A stretch of 64,000 nucleotides of DNA, from contig NC_058368.1 in NCBI RefSeq assembly GCF_018350175.1, forward strand, positions 16,866,001-16,930,000. The letters are read 5' to 3'. The notes under the pieces are model-generated. The model did not search any database, was not told the origin of the DNA, and saw nothing but the letters and a program-made list of their open reading frames with translations. Positions 51,532-63,536 of this stretch are shown here, piece after piece. This DNA comes from Felis catus (Eukaryota). The translations under genes and the position numbers were made by a program. Within the stretch, counting starts at the first letter, position 1. Each line of letters begins with the position of its first letter.

Positions 51532-51663
51532 ACGTAGGTCTTCTGTCTCCCATCCCAGGCTGCCTTCTGGGTCTTTTGGGTTTAGAGGTTGAAATGATCT
51601 ACTGGTAAGGGGCAGAAGAGATTGTTTTTGACTGGTACTCTCATCATACAGCTCTAATGCTTT
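51532..51663 (-). CDS. Coding exon A3 (KALELYDESTSQKQSLLPLTSRSFQPLNPKDPEGSLGWETEDLR), phase 0 to 0; may instead read through to a stop at 51433
   Basis: Acceptor ttttgtatacctgaaattccag|AAA GCA TTA GAG. Lies within ORF 51433..51723 in non-repeat sequence. Weak donor CGT|gtaaag gives 132 nt. Confidence 0.62.
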
Positions 51664-52138
51664 CTGGAATTTCAGGTATACAAAAATCAGTGTTCTTCTT
51701 AACAAAATCTTCAGATACAACACCGTTTTTTATGTGTGAGTATATCAATAGAAGCTTAAAAATTTTTGCAACATACATAGAAAAAAAGTTAAATATTACT
51801 CCCCAGAAATTGCCAATATCATCCCTATACATGTACATAAAGGACAGAAAGCAAAGCATATGTTCTTGTTTACTTACTCAGTGTGCATTACTCTTGCATT
51901 CCATTCTAAAAGAAGCCAGCATTCAGAAACCCAACCATCGTCTAGGTGAGTGACATTTTTGTATTACTAGGAGCATAAGGTTTTCACAAACTCCAGAATA
52001 CACTTGGAAAATTACTAACCCAGATATTTCCACCGTTGTTGGACATGTTATTTAAGTTGATAACGAAAGATATCAAGTATCATGATGACACCGCTGTTAA
52101 GTGGAAGCATTTGAGGGCCAGATAATAAATGGGGTCCT

Positions 52139-52300
52139 GGGACACCTGGCTGGCTCAGGCAGTAGAGCACACAACTCTTGATCTCAGGGTTGAAAGCTTG
52201 CATGCAACTCTTGATCTCAGGGTTGAAAGCTTGAGCCCTATGTTGGGTGTAGGGATTACTTAAAATAAAATAAAAAATTCTTTTTAAAAAATAAAAAAAT
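52139..52300 (+). mobile_element. Older short Can-SINE with a 33-bp internal tandem duplication
   Basis: caactcttgatctcagggttgaaagcttg occurs twice (units 52168-52200 and 52201-52233). Confidence 0.88.
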
Positions 52301-52405
52301 AAGTGGAATCCTGAGTCTACTCAGTCGGAGAAGCCACTCTACCTAGAGTAACACCTTCATTAGGGCTTTGGCCTGTGTTTTAAGAACAATCACACTTGGG
52401 GTGGA

Positions 52406-52704
52406 GGGGGTGCCTGAGTGGCTCAGGTGGTAAGGCATCCAACTCTTGGTTTTGGCTCAGGTCATGATCTCACGGTTTCATGGGATCGAGCCCTGCGTCA
52501 GGTGGTAAAGCATCCAACTCTTGGTTTTGGCTCAGGTCATGATCTCACGGTTTCATGGGATCGAGCCCTGCGTCAGAGTCTGCAATGGCAGTGCGGAGCC
52601 TTCTTGGGATTCTCTCTCTCTCCCTCTCTCTCTGCCCCTCCCCCCACTTGCACTGTCTTTGTCTTTCTCAAAATAAATAAGTAAACTTAAAAACAATAAA
52701 ATAA
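52406..52704 (+). mobile_element. Can-SINE with a 75-bp internal tandem duplication
   Basis: Units 52423-52497 and 52498-52572 are nearly identical. Confidence 0.92.
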
Positions 52705-52938
52705 GGGGCACCTGGGTGGCTCCGTCGGTTGAGCGACCGACTTTGGCTCAGGTCATGATCTCACGGTTTGTGAGTTCAAGCCCCGCGTCGGGCTCTGTGC
52801 TGACAGCTCAGAGCCTGGAGCCTGCTTCTGATTCTGTGTCTCCCCCTCTCTCTGTCCCTCCCCCACTCACGCTCTTTCTCTCTCTGTCTCAGAAATAAAT
52901 AAACATTAAAAATTTTTAAAAAATAAAATAAAATAAAA
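52705..52938 (+). mobile_element. Can-SINE inserted in the A tail of the preceding SINE
   Basis: Full element flanked by aataaaataa; an outer TSD-like aagaac(a/t)atcac...ttgggg brackets both SINEs. Confidence 0.93.
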
Positions 52939-52954
52939 AGAACTATCACTTTGG

Positions 52955-55900
52955 GGAAGGCCAAACTAAAACCTCTGAAAATAAATCACTATTCCCTCCA
53001 CCTTAGCCAAGATACCACTATTAGTTTGTAACCTCATGAAGATCCTGGGTGTTATTTGAAACCAGTTCCCATGCAGAGGGCAGGAAGAGACTCAAGAAAG
53101 ACGCCAGTCATTCCAGACTGGTAAGTAGCAGTTTTAATAAGCAATGGAATTTACCTGTGAGGATTGTCTTGGGCAGCTGCAAGATAAGTAGATCTCTACA
53201 CTAGCCAGATGGTTTCAACACCACATCAAGGCTGTGTCTCAAGGCTGTCTTTGGTGCAGCTTTTGGGAATAAGTAAGTCAAGCAGAATGCACCTTCCAAG
53301 GACAGGAAAGGTGGTGAGGAACCTCCAGTTGCCAGGTCCAACTTGCTGGTCAACTAGTGGTCAAGTTCTCTCAGTGACCTCTTCCAATAACACATTCAAG
53401 GAAAGTTAGTGGAGATTAGGGTTACCCTTAAAGATCTAAAGTTTGCAAGGAGGAAGATCCCTTGCATATCTTCATTTAATCTGCCAGCCTGGCCCCTAAA
53501 GAAACCAAGTGGGTCCCTGAGAGTGATTGTAAGATTAACACAAGCTCAACCAAGGAGCAGCCTTGATTAAAGCTGCCAAATTGTATGGTCTCAGGTAGGT
53601 CATGAGACTATCCTAATAAGAGATCTGATATAATATTCTGATATGAAGAGTATACTACAACAGATTACTTAGAATGGCAGACACATGGCATGTAGCTCCT
53701 GATTTGGTAAATGTGTCCTTTTCTATCCCCATCAGGAAAGAGAAATACTCTGCTTTATGAAACTGATAGCAATATTTATTTGCTTTATATATGTTAACTG
53801 TGTTGTCCTCTGTCATAACACAGTCTAAAGGGAACTTGGTGGTCTGGACAAGCCCAAAGAACATTGGGCTTGATGCACTGCATCAATGACATCTTGATAG
53901 AGAAGCAAAAGCATAATTGGAGGCCTTAATAAGACACATGTACTCCAAAGAGTGAGAAATAAACTCCATGAAGATTCCAGAACCTGCCATTTGGTAAAGC
54001 TTTTGGGTGTCCAATGGTTAGGGGCAATCCCAGAAAATATGTTCTGGGATTATGTTAATCACAAAGTAAAAGACATATTGTTTCACCTTGTATCTTTTAT
54101 TGACTATCCCACCCTACCCACCCCCCCCCCCCCCCCCAAAAAAAAAGAAAGAAAAAGAGAAGCAAGACCAATACTGCTAAATCTGTTTGGGTTTCATGGG
54201 TTTTGGAAGTTACACATTCTATGATAGGAATATGGGTTTATTCCAGCCCATATACCAGGAGCATGAAAGACTATTAGCTTTGAGTGGGACCTAGAGCAAG
54301 AAATGGCCCAGAAGCACGTCCAAGCTGTGATACAAGCTGTCTATCTCTATCTCTGACCATACAAACCATAGTCCCTCTAACATTATAAAGGTTATATTGG
54401 AGAAAACATGCAGTATGGAGTTATTTCAAGCCCTAGTAGAAGAATCATCACAAGATCCTTGATGTTCTGAAGCAAGGACATACCTTCTATAGCAGAAATG
54501 TATGCACTATTCAAGAAACAGATCCTGACATGCTATTAGGCTCTAGTATGGGTGTGACCCTTAACTAAGAGGCAGCAGGTGACAATGTATCACATTTTGG
54601 ACTGAGTTCTATCAGACCAAAAAGTCATAAAGTTGGGCACACTTGGCAGTAGTCCATCATAAGATGGAAATGGCACATATGTGATCGAATCCAAGCCGCA
54701 TCAGAGTACATGACTAAGATATATGAGTAGGTAGCCCAGACCCACATATCACCGACCATAGTTAGACAAGCTCACCCTAACTTTTCCTTGAAGATAAATA
54801 ATCATGCCAAGCTTGATTTACAACTAATGAGCTTGGTATGTAGACACAGCTGAAAATGGATAGTGACTGCACTACAATTACATGTAGGGGTGGCTTTGAA
54901 CGAGAGTAGTGAGGGAAAATCTTCCCAGTGGATGGGACTTCAAGTAAGGCATCTAGTCCATTTTGTTTTGATCACATTGGGTGGAGAGAGAAGTGGCCTG
55001 AGGTGATAATCTATACGGACTCATGGACAGTGACAGCTGGTCAGAGACCTAAAAGGAAAATGACTGGAGAATGAGAGACAAGAAGATCTGAAGTAGAGGC
55101 ATCCATTCAGATTAACGGAAGTGGGCATCAACTGTGAATATTTTTCTATCACATGTTAATGTCTACCACAAAGCATCTACCATTACAGAGGCACTAAACC
55201 ACCAAATAGACAAAATGCTTTTGTAAGTTGACATCACTCGGCCTTCATCATCAGCCACACTACAATGGGTATAAAGGACACATGATTGAAGTGGTCTTGA
55301 TGAGAGTTGGAGGCTATACATAGGCCAAGCAGAATAGATTTCCTAAGCCCATTCTAGTTATTCTTGCCTCTGAACGTGCAATATACCAGTGATAGACCAC
55401 TGGTCCTCAAGAGACCAACCAGTTACTTAATGACAAGCTGACTACAGCTTCCAGACTAGAAGGACCATTGGTTCATTCAAACAAGAAGGGAAAATATATT
55501 CCAAGTATGATTATAGAAAGCAAACATAACTACCCAGAGTCTTATTCAGTGCCTGATACATTGGCATAAAAGCTGACTCAATAGAGCATCTAACCAGAGG
55601 ACCTACTTCATTGTGAAGAGGGTATGAGAATGATATTATATACAACACCAGCATGTTAAGAAGATTCCAGACTGTTAGCATAGGAATGGCTTGCTAAAAT
55701 ATAGATGAAGTTACAGCTTGGAGAGACCATATGGAAAAAATTTAGGTGTTATACTCCAGGTTGCAGTATAATCAGGAATCAGTAACCTCTGTAAGGCACT
55801 ATGCCCCCATTAAGAAGAACACATGAATGTAGGAACCGATGATGAATGTAATAGTGGCCCTTTATCCACGTCTCATCATGACCCAAGAGACATTGAGTTT

Positions 55901-56484
55901 TCTATTTTTCCAACACTGGACTTTGCAGGGTTAGAGGTCTTGCTCCCCAAAAGTGGTAGGAAGTACTCAGCTGAGACTATACTGTAGGTCCTGGTCATTT
56001 TGATCTTCTTGGGTCTAGGAAACAGTAGACTAGAATAACAGTCACCATCTGGCAGGGATAATTGATGCTGATCAGCAAGACTACTGTCACAAAACAGAAG
56101 GGAGCAACGTGTATAGAATTTCAGTGGTTCTTTGGTAATCCCGTGCCTACATGTGACTTTCAATGGACAAATGCAACTATACTGACCTGAGAGTGGTGTG
56201 GTTACCAGTATATTAGCCTCTTGAGAAAGAAAGCTTGGGTCATACCACTGGATAAGCCATCAAGGCCTATAAAGGACACGGTTTAAGATAACAAAAGGAT
56301 AGGGAGGAAGGAGATAATAAGTACCAGTTGTAAGCTACCAGACTAACTAAAGCAGTAGGGACTACTGTTAATCCCACAAACTTCCCTCTTTCAAGTATTT
56401 CTTCAGAAAGAGAAGCTGACAGAAACCACGGAAGAGTTGTTTCCACATATGGAGAAGTAGATCTGCATAGTGCAAGGAGTAAAC
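52955..56484 (+). mobile_element. Degenerate ERV-L internal region (pol: RT, RNase H, integrase remnants; ERV3-16A3/ERVL-E-like)
   Basis: Decayed RT motifs: SSFNLPAWPLKKPSGSLRVIV (cf. [21 protein letters not shown]), TWHVAPDLVNVSFSIPI (cf. TWYAAIDLANAFFSIP), HCINDILI (cf. HYIDDIML), VKLLGVQWLG, LFGF..FWK.HI. Many stops and frameshifts. Purine tract gcaaggagtaaac precedes the LTR. Confidence 0.85.
53049..53392 (-). mobile_element. Solo LTR inserted into the ERV-L pol
   Basis: TG...CA ends (tgttatttgaa...ttccaataaca, imperfect inverted), antisense poly(A)-like tttaat; interrupts the ERV-L sequence just before the RT motifs. Confidence 0.55.
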
Positions 56485-56954
56485 TGTAAATGCAGCCATG
56501 TAAATGCACACCTCAGATCTTTATTCAAGAGGGAACCTACCAGAAGGAGTGCATTTAACTAACCATCTTCAGCTGCAGTGACTTTGAGATCCATCATAGC
56601 ATTTGAGCAGGGGCTATGGTCTTCCTGGGATGCTCTTAGACAATGATACAGCAGAGGAGGTTCTAGAGTTTAGCCTTTCTGCCCCAGGCAGGAAGAGAGT
56701 CTTTTCATCTGGGTTCCCACTGGATTAGTTGAGACTTTCTCAGAGCCACACTGCAGTGTGAGGTCCTCTCTACCCTGTCCTTCCTCCTGCTCCCTTATTT
56801 TCACAGGTGTTCAACTTGTATTGCCTTCCGAAGGCTTTCATTGCCAACTTCTGCTTCCTCTTCCCATTGTCTTACACAGTGATTAACCCTAATAAATCTC
56901 TTGAACTTGCAACTCTGTCCTGGTATCTGACGCCTGGAATACCTGACCAGATAT
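56485..56954 (+). mobile_element. 3' LTR of the ERV-L element (LTR16-like)
   Basis: Starts tgtaaatgcagccatg after the PPT; cctaataaatctcttg...ctctgtcctggtatctg...cctggaatacctgacc at the 3' end. Confidence 0.75.
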
Positions 56955-58231
56955 AGATGTGGTTCCTTCTTAGAAACAGACTTGTTGAACAGTGCTAGCT
57001 AAATAGAGTAATACTGGACACCACAATGTTTTTTAAGGGATGGGCACATGATCATCCTTCTGATTTCAGATCTAAGAAAAATATTCAAACAGAAATCAAG
57101 TAATACTCTCTCTCTTTCTATGAGAGAGAGACAATCTCTATTACCTATGACAATCAAAGTAAAAATATTCACTTTATCTACTGGTAAAGAGTGTGTTGGA
57201 GAGTCCACTCCCTATACAAGTCTTAGTAAATAGATTATGTTGCTTTCACCAATTTATCACAACCAATTAGCACAGTGTTACAAAATAACTACTGAACTTT
57301 TGAACTAATTGTTGAAAGAATAAAGCATACTCTGAGACTTAAAAAATATTTTGTTACATAAGAGGTTGGAACTTTGCAAATAAGATGTCCAAATTCAGTG
57401 CGGAAAATATATGATATTTTTCAAAGTCTCTAATTATTATTTGTTTTAAATGGAAGAAAACTAAATCTATGAGACAACTTATGGATGAAATAGGAAGACA
57501 AGAACAGAATCAAAAGGGAATTGGATAACAGCTGGAAAAAAAGAAAAGGTGCTTGATGAGCAAAAGAAATATCAGTAAAAATTAAGAATGGAATAGATGA
57601 ATTAAAACTCACAGTGGAAGCAGATTTTTAACATCAAAGGTGATGGGAAAATTCTACAAGCATCTCATAAGTGAGGGGAAGATTTTAGAAATAGAAAGGA
57701 AACAGGCCTTACTCTTCTCTTCCACAAAATTCAAAAAAAATCATAAAAAGGATAGCATCTAGTTGTTCTGTTTACTTTTTTAGGGAAAGATGCAGCAACC
57801 CAAACAACAGGAAAAATAAAAATAAAAGTTACAAGAATATAAAAAGAAACTATGGGGCCATTCTCGATCTAAGAGTTGAGGAAACAGATTCCACTCGTTG
57901 AATAGGAGAAGTAGTAAATACTTTGTGGTCATTCTTTAAAAATCTAACCCAGAAGTTAAAAGTCTACTTATTCACTTAAAACACTGGCAGTCATTACCAT
58001 ATTTCAGTATGTTTCCTGGGAGCTAGTACATATGAACGTTGGCAGAATGAACCTCCAGTGTGATTTTTTTTTCTCAAAAATGCCCTCAAAGCTTGCGTTT
58101 CAAGTGTAGAAAGCAAATAGTGTTGCTGCAGTCATTTACGTGTCCTGCCAACTGCTCAAACCATCACACTGGAATTGTTCCTGACAGTCATTGATTGGTA
58201 GGGGATGGCATTTCAGAATGGCATTATGTTA

Positions 58232-58523
58232 GTCCACGGTTTTGGAGTCTGGGAAGTCGAAGATCACGGCCCTGACAGATTCAGTGTCTGTAGAGAGGCC
58301 GCTTCCCGGGCCATAGGTGGTCAACTTCTCAGTGTGTCCTCACATGGCAGAAGGTGCTAGAGAACTCTCCGAGGTCTCTTTTACGAGGACACGAATCCTG
58401 TTCATGAGGGCTTCACGCTCACGACCTCATCATCTCCCAAAGGCCCCACCTTCAAATACCATCACACATATTAGGTTTCAACATATAAATTTGGAAGGGG
58501 ACACAGACATTCAGTCTGTAGCA
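58232..58523 (-). mobile_element. MaLR LTR (MLT1A0-like), partial
   Basis: ctgggaagtcgaagatcacggccctgacagattcagtgtctg...tgtcctcacatggcagaagg...cccaaaggccccacct...gacacagacattcagtctgtagca. Confidence 0.88.
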
Positions 58524-59360
58524 GGCATACTCCACATGTGACATCTTGAAAAATGATTCATGAAAAAAAATCTACAGCTATTCTAGTATTTCACTTGCAG
58601 TTAGAATCTGAGCCCATCAGGCAGCAACATTTGTGGACTGTTTATAATGAAATGTTCTACTTAGGATGAAAGTATACAACTTTGCACAGTTGTTCATTCA
58701 AAAGTGCATGGCATACATGACAGGCCTCTTTATAAAGGCCATATTATGATAACGAAATTACTTATTAAGGCCATTGTATTATATTATTATTATTCCTTGG
58801 GACTGGTGCTACTTTTTTTATGACTAGCCAGCTGCTTAGTTATGAATCTCCCACAAATCATTGTTTGAGCTAGCAGTATCCTCTCCTGCAACATTAAAAC
58901 AAAACACTTTTAATGTGTTAATGTGGTTATAAGTCTAGAGATTTTTTGAAAGTGGCAGGATGTGGCCTCTGGGGATTAAGCGGAGGACCAAACAAACATC
59001 TTCATAAAGTTTGACACACTTTCCCCAAATGCAAGCTGAGACCTGAATAGGGCAGTCCTATAGACAGTGACATGTGTACCTGTAGCACATATAGACTTGG
59101 ATCTTTGATTTTGGTGGAACTATCCAATCAGTGACTTCTCGAATCTTCCCAGGTGTATTCATTTGAGTTTTAGAGACAGCAATGAAGCCAAGTGATGATC
59201 TCTCTCCTTATTATTGATGGAAACCATGGTGCCTGGTCTTCTAAAGCAGTAGGACTAATCAAGGACTTTTCTTCCTGCACGTAAACATGAATGGATGCAA
59301 TGAAAAGGGGAAAGTGACAGCTGGGAAGGACATGTCAGTTTGTCTTAGAGAAATACAGAC

Positions 59361-59406
59361 CTTTCTCAAATTATAAAGAGTTATTATGTTCAGCCCAAAT
59401 CGTATG
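59361..59406 (-). CDS. Internal coding exon A2 (IRFGLNIITLYNLRK), phase 2 to 0
   Basis: Strong acceptor gcatcgttttctctttccttag| and donor AAG|gtctgt. 46 nt, open frame, joins in frame to KALELY in the next exon. Confidence 0.62.
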
Positions 59407-59447
59407 CTAAGGAAAGAGAAAACGATGCTTAGAAACAGAGATAGTGA

Positions 59448-59578
59448 TAGGCTGTGTGCTGACAGCTCAGAGCCTGGAGCCTACTTCTGATTCGGTATCT
59501 CCCTTTCTTTCTGCTTCTCCCCCATTCATGCTCTGTCTCTCCCCATCTCTCAAAAATAAATAAATGTTAAACTTTTTT
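59448..59578 (+). mobile_element. 5'-truncated Can-SINE
   Basis: 19-bp TSD ttagaaacagagatagtga (59429-59447 and 59579-59597). Confidence 0.92.
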
Positions 59579-59972
59579 TTAGAAACAGAGATAGTGACAA
59601 AGTAAGACAGAGTGAGCATGAGGGAGAGGGCAAGAGAAATATTCTATGTATAGAATGAATTCCTAGTCTGTTCTCCACATAGCCCAGGTATTTTTCCTAC
59701 ATTGTGATTAATCTTCCAAAAATAATCCTGCAAATTAGGTATGATTGTATTCATTTTACAGATGAGTAAGCTGAATTGTTAGAGCTGACACCAAACCTTG
59801 AGCTATTTCTACTATAACTTGCCACCTTCCTAATTAAAGTGATTACTTTCTTCCTAACGAGTCCAATAGCTTCCTTACTCATCTACATTTATCCAGAATC
59901 TCCTATCTCCGCTTAATTGTTTATGTCATGACTAGATTTATTTTACTAAAATCCTGCTTTCATCATGTCTAA

Positions 59973-60452
59973 TGAAGGGGTCCAAAGCAAGTCTCCCCAA
60001 AATACACCACTTTGGCATAAAGATTATTTTAAGCTAAAAGTAATCAAAATCAGCTTGTTCAAGAAAATCTCTTGAACTCCCCCTCAACTGCCTAAATTTA
60101 CATCAGAAAGGGGGCCTGTACCAGGAAGACTGTTATTACCAGAGATTCCTTTTTACCTAAGAAACATTTCTGCATAACAGGGCAAATTCTGTTTTCCAAA
60201 TATCTCCTCTTACCTTCTTGCAAATAACACCCCTCCCCTTCGTATCTCCAGATCCCCAACCTTTTCCTTAGCTCAGAAGGTCATGCAAGCTTCAGTTACC
60301 TGGCTGCTCTTTGGGTCTTAACATTTTACAGGTCGCCTGCACATAGGTAATTCAAGTTGTTTTTCTCCCGTTAATCTCTCTTAGGTCAATTTAGTTATTA
60401 GACCCACCAAAGAACCGAAAAGGGAAGAAAGGAAAATTTTCCTGCCCCTACA
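59973..60452 (+). mobile_element. ERV1-class solo LTR (MER34-like)
   Basis: tgaaggggtccaaagc...ccccaaaatacaccactttggcataaagattattttaagct ... ttattagacccaccaaagaacc...ttttcctgcccctaca. Confidence 0.8.
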
Positions 60453-60613
60453 CTGGATTGAAACGCTGAAATGGATGTCCAAATCCCAAAAGATAAAATA
60501 AAAACTCCCATATACGAACTTTCCACAGTCTGAACTCAGGTACTATGCTTTGACTACTTGCTGGAAATGAAAATCATTCCCTCTCTGCCCCCATAATTCA
60601 CTTCTTAAAGAAC

Positions 60614-61540
60614 TATAGGGGAGCAGAATTTGCCACCCCAAAGCATACCTCTCTGGTATAAGGGATATTTTTGGCTGATTATTTTTAAGTAACTGCAAAC
60701 ACAAAACAAGCTCTGAAAACCAAGTCAAAGTTGCCTTCCTGAAGGAGACATTGACATGTGTAAGGGAAATCTCCATTTGCAAGTGTGTGTTCCTGGCTGT
60801 ACCAGAAAGAGGGGGATGACCACACATTTCCAGAAACTCTTTTCAATGGAGAAGACAACTTCAATCTGCACAACAACCTTACCCTTTTAGCCATGCTTTT
60901 TTTGTTGTTAACCTCCCATAACTGACTTCCCACCCTTAACGTCTTAAAATGTCTTTCACTGAAGATGGTAATTAAGATGATAGCTTCAGACACTGGGGAA
61001 GATGCTCCGTTTTCTTAAGTCTCTCCCATGTAGACAGTGTAGAGGCTGCTTTTAGGCAACCAGCTTGAGCAGTGGAAACCTGTGTAAGGTACAAGGGCCC
61101 ACAGTGAACCCCTGGCTGAATAGAAACAGGCCTATTAGGCAACCGACTTTGAAATACCCATAAGCCATACCTGAGCAAAGGATTACTTACACCCAGGCAC
61201 AAGGTACCCAAAAGGAAAGTTCCAGACATTCTCATTCCTTCTCTCCCTCCCCCTTAACTACAGTCCCCCTACCAGAAACAGTCTTTCCTTTGCTGTCCTG
61301 TCTGCTGCTCCCTTACGGTGTAATCAATAAATGTCTGTCTCCTTTGTTCTGTCTTAGGTGAATTCTTTCACTGCCCAAGCCACCAGCCCCCATCTTATCA
61401 GGTCACCCCACATACAAAAGGTATACATGTTATTAAAATTTTGTTTATTCTTCTCCTGTTAACATGTCTTATATCAACTTAATTATTAAACAAGCCAAAG
61501 AACCTAGAAGAAAAGAAGGGAAGACTTTTTTGTCCCTACA
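60614..61540 (+). mobile_element. ERV1-class solo LTR (MER34-like) with 4-bp TSD, interrupted by another LTR
   Basis: tataggggagcagaatttgccaccccaaagc...ttttttgtccctaca; GAAC on both flanks (60610-60613 and 61541-61544). Confidence 0.82.
61038..61412 (+). mobile_element. Nested solo LTR (ERVL MER54/MER74-like end)
   Basis: TG start (tgtagaggctg), aataaa at ~61326, gaattctttcactgccc...caccccaca end. Confidence 0.65.
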
Positions 61541-62249
61541 GAACTTACTCAAGCCTCCTTTAGAGAGATTTCACTCCCCTAACCACTTGGGCTGTGAATG
61601 ACATGAACACATCCACATTTGTACTCCACAATTGATGGAATCAGAGGAAAACACTGGACAAATCCTGGGCCTCTGGATTTTATTTCCTAGAAATTTGGAC
61701 CTGGACCTGTCTCTTAAAAACCTGGACTATGAAGTGATGTATATCTGAGACTGGGGCCAAGGAACCAGTGTAAAAGAGAAGGTTCATGTTCAGAGACAGG
61801 AAGAAAAATCCTTCTGCTGAAAAAAAGTAGGAATGAAAGACCATGTAGAGAGACAGGAAGAGACTCCTTTGTTCTGCTCCTTAGGGCTTTTAAATGTCCT
61901 GTTCTAGTCCCTCCAGTCCACGCATTCTCAGTGGTGACCATATTGTTTCCAAGGGGATAATTGGTTATTGGGGAGAAGAGGGAGGGTGACCCCCCCCAAA
62001 AAATCTTAGATTTTGAAATTTGGAATTTCTCTTCTGAAAAGAAAACCAGCATTCTAACTTCAGTTGTAGAAGTTGATTAGTAGACAGTTGACACAATAAT
62101 TAAATTTTTTATACAATTATAATTTTGTTTTCAAATAAAAACAGAAAAGATTAGTATACAAGAAAAGAAGCAGAGAAATAAATGATGGAGAAGAAAATAA
62201 ATCCCTCCATTCCCTTTCTCCTCTTCTTTGTTAACAAAAATACTGATCC

Positions 62250-62420
62250 TCACATTGACCCTGTAAGCTATGTTATTATTATCTATTTAACAATGAAAAG
62301 ATGAAACGCAAAGATATTAAGACACAAGAGGGTAAACAGCTAATGTCCTAATTATCAGAGCCAAGATTTAAATGTGTGACCAAGTGGTTCTAAATCCCAT
62401 GTTTCTTTCCGACTAAAACA
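62250..62420 (-). mobile_element. MIR SINE
   Basis: atcctcacattgaccctgtaag...ttattattatc...cagagccaagatttaaa...ttctaaatcccatgtttcttt. Confidence 0.65.
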
Positions 62421-62940
62421 CACCGGTTCCCAGAAACCTGTTCCCTACAAAAGAAATTTTCCTTATTTCACTCAAGCTTTATAACATCAATTCTCTATGA
62501 GACTTGAATTTATGGTAATGAATTCCCTCATATGCCTACATTTCCATTCTTTCTTATTTCATTCAGCCCATAAGCAAAGTAATTTACAGTAAAGGCAAGA
62601 GTAACATTTACCCTTATGTTGTTTGAGGACAAAGTCATTTCTCTCAGGAAATATATAATATAGTACAGATATTAAATATGCTAAATGAATTCTTACTTGT
62701 GTTTAAGCACAAATGTAAGGTAAATTTTAAAGGGAAACAAGTGTCTTGACTATGTCAAGCACTTTTGTAACCCACCTCCCTCCAGAAAGGGAAGGTATTC
62801 CAACTCCACACGCATGGGGCCCCTTCTGTGCTCATCATAAGATAATTGTTCTGCCTCCCATGCAGCGTGTCTTAGAATCATGATAACATAATCAACAATA
62901 TAAAATACTGGAAATTCAGACTACTGCCACAAAATTCAAT

Positions 62941-63151
62941 TTTTTTTTAATTTTTATTTTTGAGAGAGAGGGAGAGAGGGAGAGAGCGAGCAGGGGAGGC
63001 ACAGAGAGAGAGGGAGACACAGCATCTGAAGCAGGATCCAGGCTCGGAGCTGTCAGCACAGAGTCTAATGCAGGGCTCGACCTCACAAACCTGGAGATCA
63101 TGACCTGAGCCCAAGTTGGACGCTTAACCACCTGAGTCACCCAGGCACCCC
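62941..63151 (-). mobile_element. Can-SINE
   Basis: Full antisense element; TSD cacaaaattcaat. Confidence 0.95.
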
Positions 63152-63536
63152 ACACAAAATTCAATCATTAATTGACTCCAGCTTCTGTCTAAAAACCACA
63201 TGAGGCAATACGTGCGAACATGGAACAATGCCTTTCTCCGGGGCACCATATTAAAAGAGTAGGTGACCCGTATCAGATCCTTATGGAGTGCTTTTTAAAT
63301 AAAAAAGCAGGTTGTCTATCTCCTCCTAATTTCACTGAATCCTAGTCTGAAAATTAGGTTTGAGAGTATGTTCCTGAACAAGACATCCAGGTGATGCTGA
63401 TACCTGTTCATCCACTTGAAGTTTTCCAGCATTTTCTTTTTACACATGTTGGCAGTTACAGAAAGCAATACATACAGATTACATCAGTTCTATAGAAATA
63501 GTATCGACTGAATAAAAATTTATCATGCAGCTTTAC

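Noticed and set aside
51912..51951. Plus-strand mini-exon ending TAG|gtgagt
   Set aside because: Single donor-like site with a weak acceptor and no partner exons.
52418..52684. ORF with a 25-aa tandem repeat (QVVRHPTLGFGSGHDLTVSWDRALR)
   Set aside because: Product of the 75-bp duplication inside a SINE.
61714..62052. 112-aa minus-strand ORF
   Set aside because: No recognisable motif or phase-compatible splice sites; probably decayed repeat sequence.
3308..63164. Recurrent ORFs such as MAQSVKRPTSAQVMISRFVSSSP... and ...RGRHRIRSRLQALSC...
   Set aside because: Translations of Can-SINE copies on either strand, not a gene family.
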